Shown: in pieces, positions 62,979-64,000 of the stretch | How positions within the stretch are numbered: position 1 is the first letter of the stretch | Layout: every line of letters starts with the position of its first letter | Assembly: GCA_030550155.1 (NCBI GenBank) | Contig: JAUQPZ010000004.1 | Span: 1,298-65,297 of the forward strand | Length of the DNA stretch: 64,000 nucleotides | Direction of reading: 5' to 3' | Source of the DNA: Thermoproteota archaeon | GTDB taxonomy: Archaea; Thermoproteota; Nitrososphaeria_A; Caldarchaeales; Calditenuaceae | The notes under the pieces: model-generated | What the model was told of the DNA's origin: nothing | What the model saw: only the letters and a program-made list of their open reading frames with translations | Database searches by the model: none | Translations under genes and position numbers: made by a program

Positions 62979-64000
62979 TTAACAAATTTTTCCCGCTCTG
63001 GGCTTAATCACTGTTAAGCCCCTCATGTAGGGCTGGAGGACCTCAGGTATCTCGACGCAGCCATCCCTCCTCTGATAGTTCTCTAGGATAGCCACGATGG
63101 TCCTCTCGGTAGCTATCGCCGTGCTGTTTAGCGTATGGACGTATTTTGTCTCTTCTACGTGGGGTGCCTCCCTGTATCTGACCCCGAGCCTCCTGGCTTG
63201 GTAGTCGGTGCAGTGGCTGCAGGAGACGACCTCGCGGTATCTCTGCTGGGCGGGCATCCAGACCTCTAGGTCATACTTCTTCACGGCGACAGGGCCTAGC
63301 TCGCCAACACACGTATTTACAACTCGATAGGGCAGCCCGAGGGACCTGTAGATCTCCTCAGCGTTTCTGATGAGGAATTCGTGCTCGTCCCATGACTGGT
63401 CCTCCCTGCAGAAGCTGAACTGCTCCACCTTCTCGAACTGGTGGACCCTAAATATCCCCTTAGTGTCCTTGCCGTGGGCTCCCGCCTCCTTCCTGAAGCA
63501 TGGGCTCACACCAGCGTATCTAAGGGGGAGTATTCTTCCGTCAAGTATCTCGTCTGCATGGAGGCCAGCTATCGCGTGCTCCGCTGTTCCGATCAGGTAG
63601 AGGTCCTCGCCCTCAACCTTGTAAATCATGTCTTCGAAGTCTTTTAGGGAGAGCGCGCCCGCGAGTATCTCTCTTCTAATCATGTAGGGTGGCTGTATGA
63701 TTCTGAACCCTTTTGAGGAGAGGAAGTCGAGGGCATAGTTCATGAGGGCTATGTTGAGGAGGACCAGCTCGTCGAAGAGGTAGTAGAATCTTGCGCCAGC
63801 CACCTTTGCAGCCCTGTCCAAGTCAACCATAGATAGGGTGGCGAGCATGTCCACATGGTCCTTAACGCCTTCAGGCGTCTTCGCGTCTCCCCAGCTCCTG
63901 ACAACCACATTGTCCTCCTCAGATTCGCCGTCGGGGACGGACTCGTGCGGGATGTTGGGCAAGTTGAAGAGTGTCTCGTTCACGAAGCGCTCTGCGGCCT
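62979..64000 (-). CDS. serS: Seryl-tRNA synthetase, C-terminal catalytic core (N-terminus beyond the window end)
   Basis: Class-II aaRS motifs, with the SerRS-specific NIPHESVP ... RSWG region. The ORF is open to the window end. Confidence 0.8.
   Translation of the reverse strand, partial: AAERFVNETLFNLPNIPHESVPDGESEEDNVVVRSWGDAKTPEGVKDHVDMLATLSMVDLDRAAKVAGARFYYLFDELVLLNIALMNYALDFLSSKGFRIIQPPYMIRREILAGALSLKDFEDMIYKVEGEDLYLIGTAEHAIAGLHADEILDGRILPLRYAGVSPCFRKEAGAHGKDTKGIFRVHQFEKVEQFSFCREDQSWDEHEFLIRNAEEIYRSLGLPYRVVNTCVGELGPVAVKKYDLEVWMPAQQRYREVVSCSHCTDYQARRLGVRYREAPHVEETKYVHTLNSTAIATERTIVAILENYQRRDGCVEIPEVLQPYMRGLTVIKPRAGKIC

Noticed and set aside
1-64000. CRISPR arrays, integrases, transposases, rRNA genes
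   Set aside because: No regularly spaced direct repeats were found. No tyrosine or serine recombinase motifs or DDE transposase motifs turned up among the translated ORFs. No rRNA-like conserved stretches were noticed on reading the sequence.

Overview
This is a high-GC (about 60% by eye) archaeal chromosomal segment, almost certainly from a thermophile. It encodes four tRNAs: Pro-TGG, an intron-containing Trp-CCA, Glu-CTC and Val-TAC. It also carries a probable replication origin (ORB-like inverted repeats plus an AT-rich unwinding stretch) immediately upstream of an Orc1/Cdc6 gene. Orc1/Cdc6 is followed by a PolD small-subunit (DP1) gene, which argues against Crenarchaeota sensu stricto. 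At the 5' end sits an archaellum operon in G/F-H-I-J order. It is divergently paired with a translationally coupled RHH-ParA module, and its ArlI ATPase is interrupted by a ~375-aa intein with a degenerate LAGLIDADG domain and an unusual C-terminal Asp. The remainder is mostly housekeeping and metabolism, with several tRNA/rRNA-modification and DNA-repair genes. Noteworthy loci are: (i) a short (583 aa), hinge-less SMC/Rad50-like ATPase in an operon with ScpA (kleisin) and ScpB homologues, convergent on an Lhr helicase; (ii) a signal-peptide/coiled-coil/TM protein ending in a cytoplasmic AbrB/SpoVT-like swapped-hairpin domain; (iii) a catalytically degenerate ABC-ATPase paired with a membrane protein; (iv) a low-GC island carrying a tandem-HTH regulator, an MFS transporter and a Zn-ribbon/wHTH protein; (v) twin 12-bp palindromes GCTTTTTTAAGC in the RHH-ParA/archaellum divergent promoter region. 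No CRISPR array, integrase or transposase was seen. All protein calls rest on motif recognition by eye from the supplied translations.
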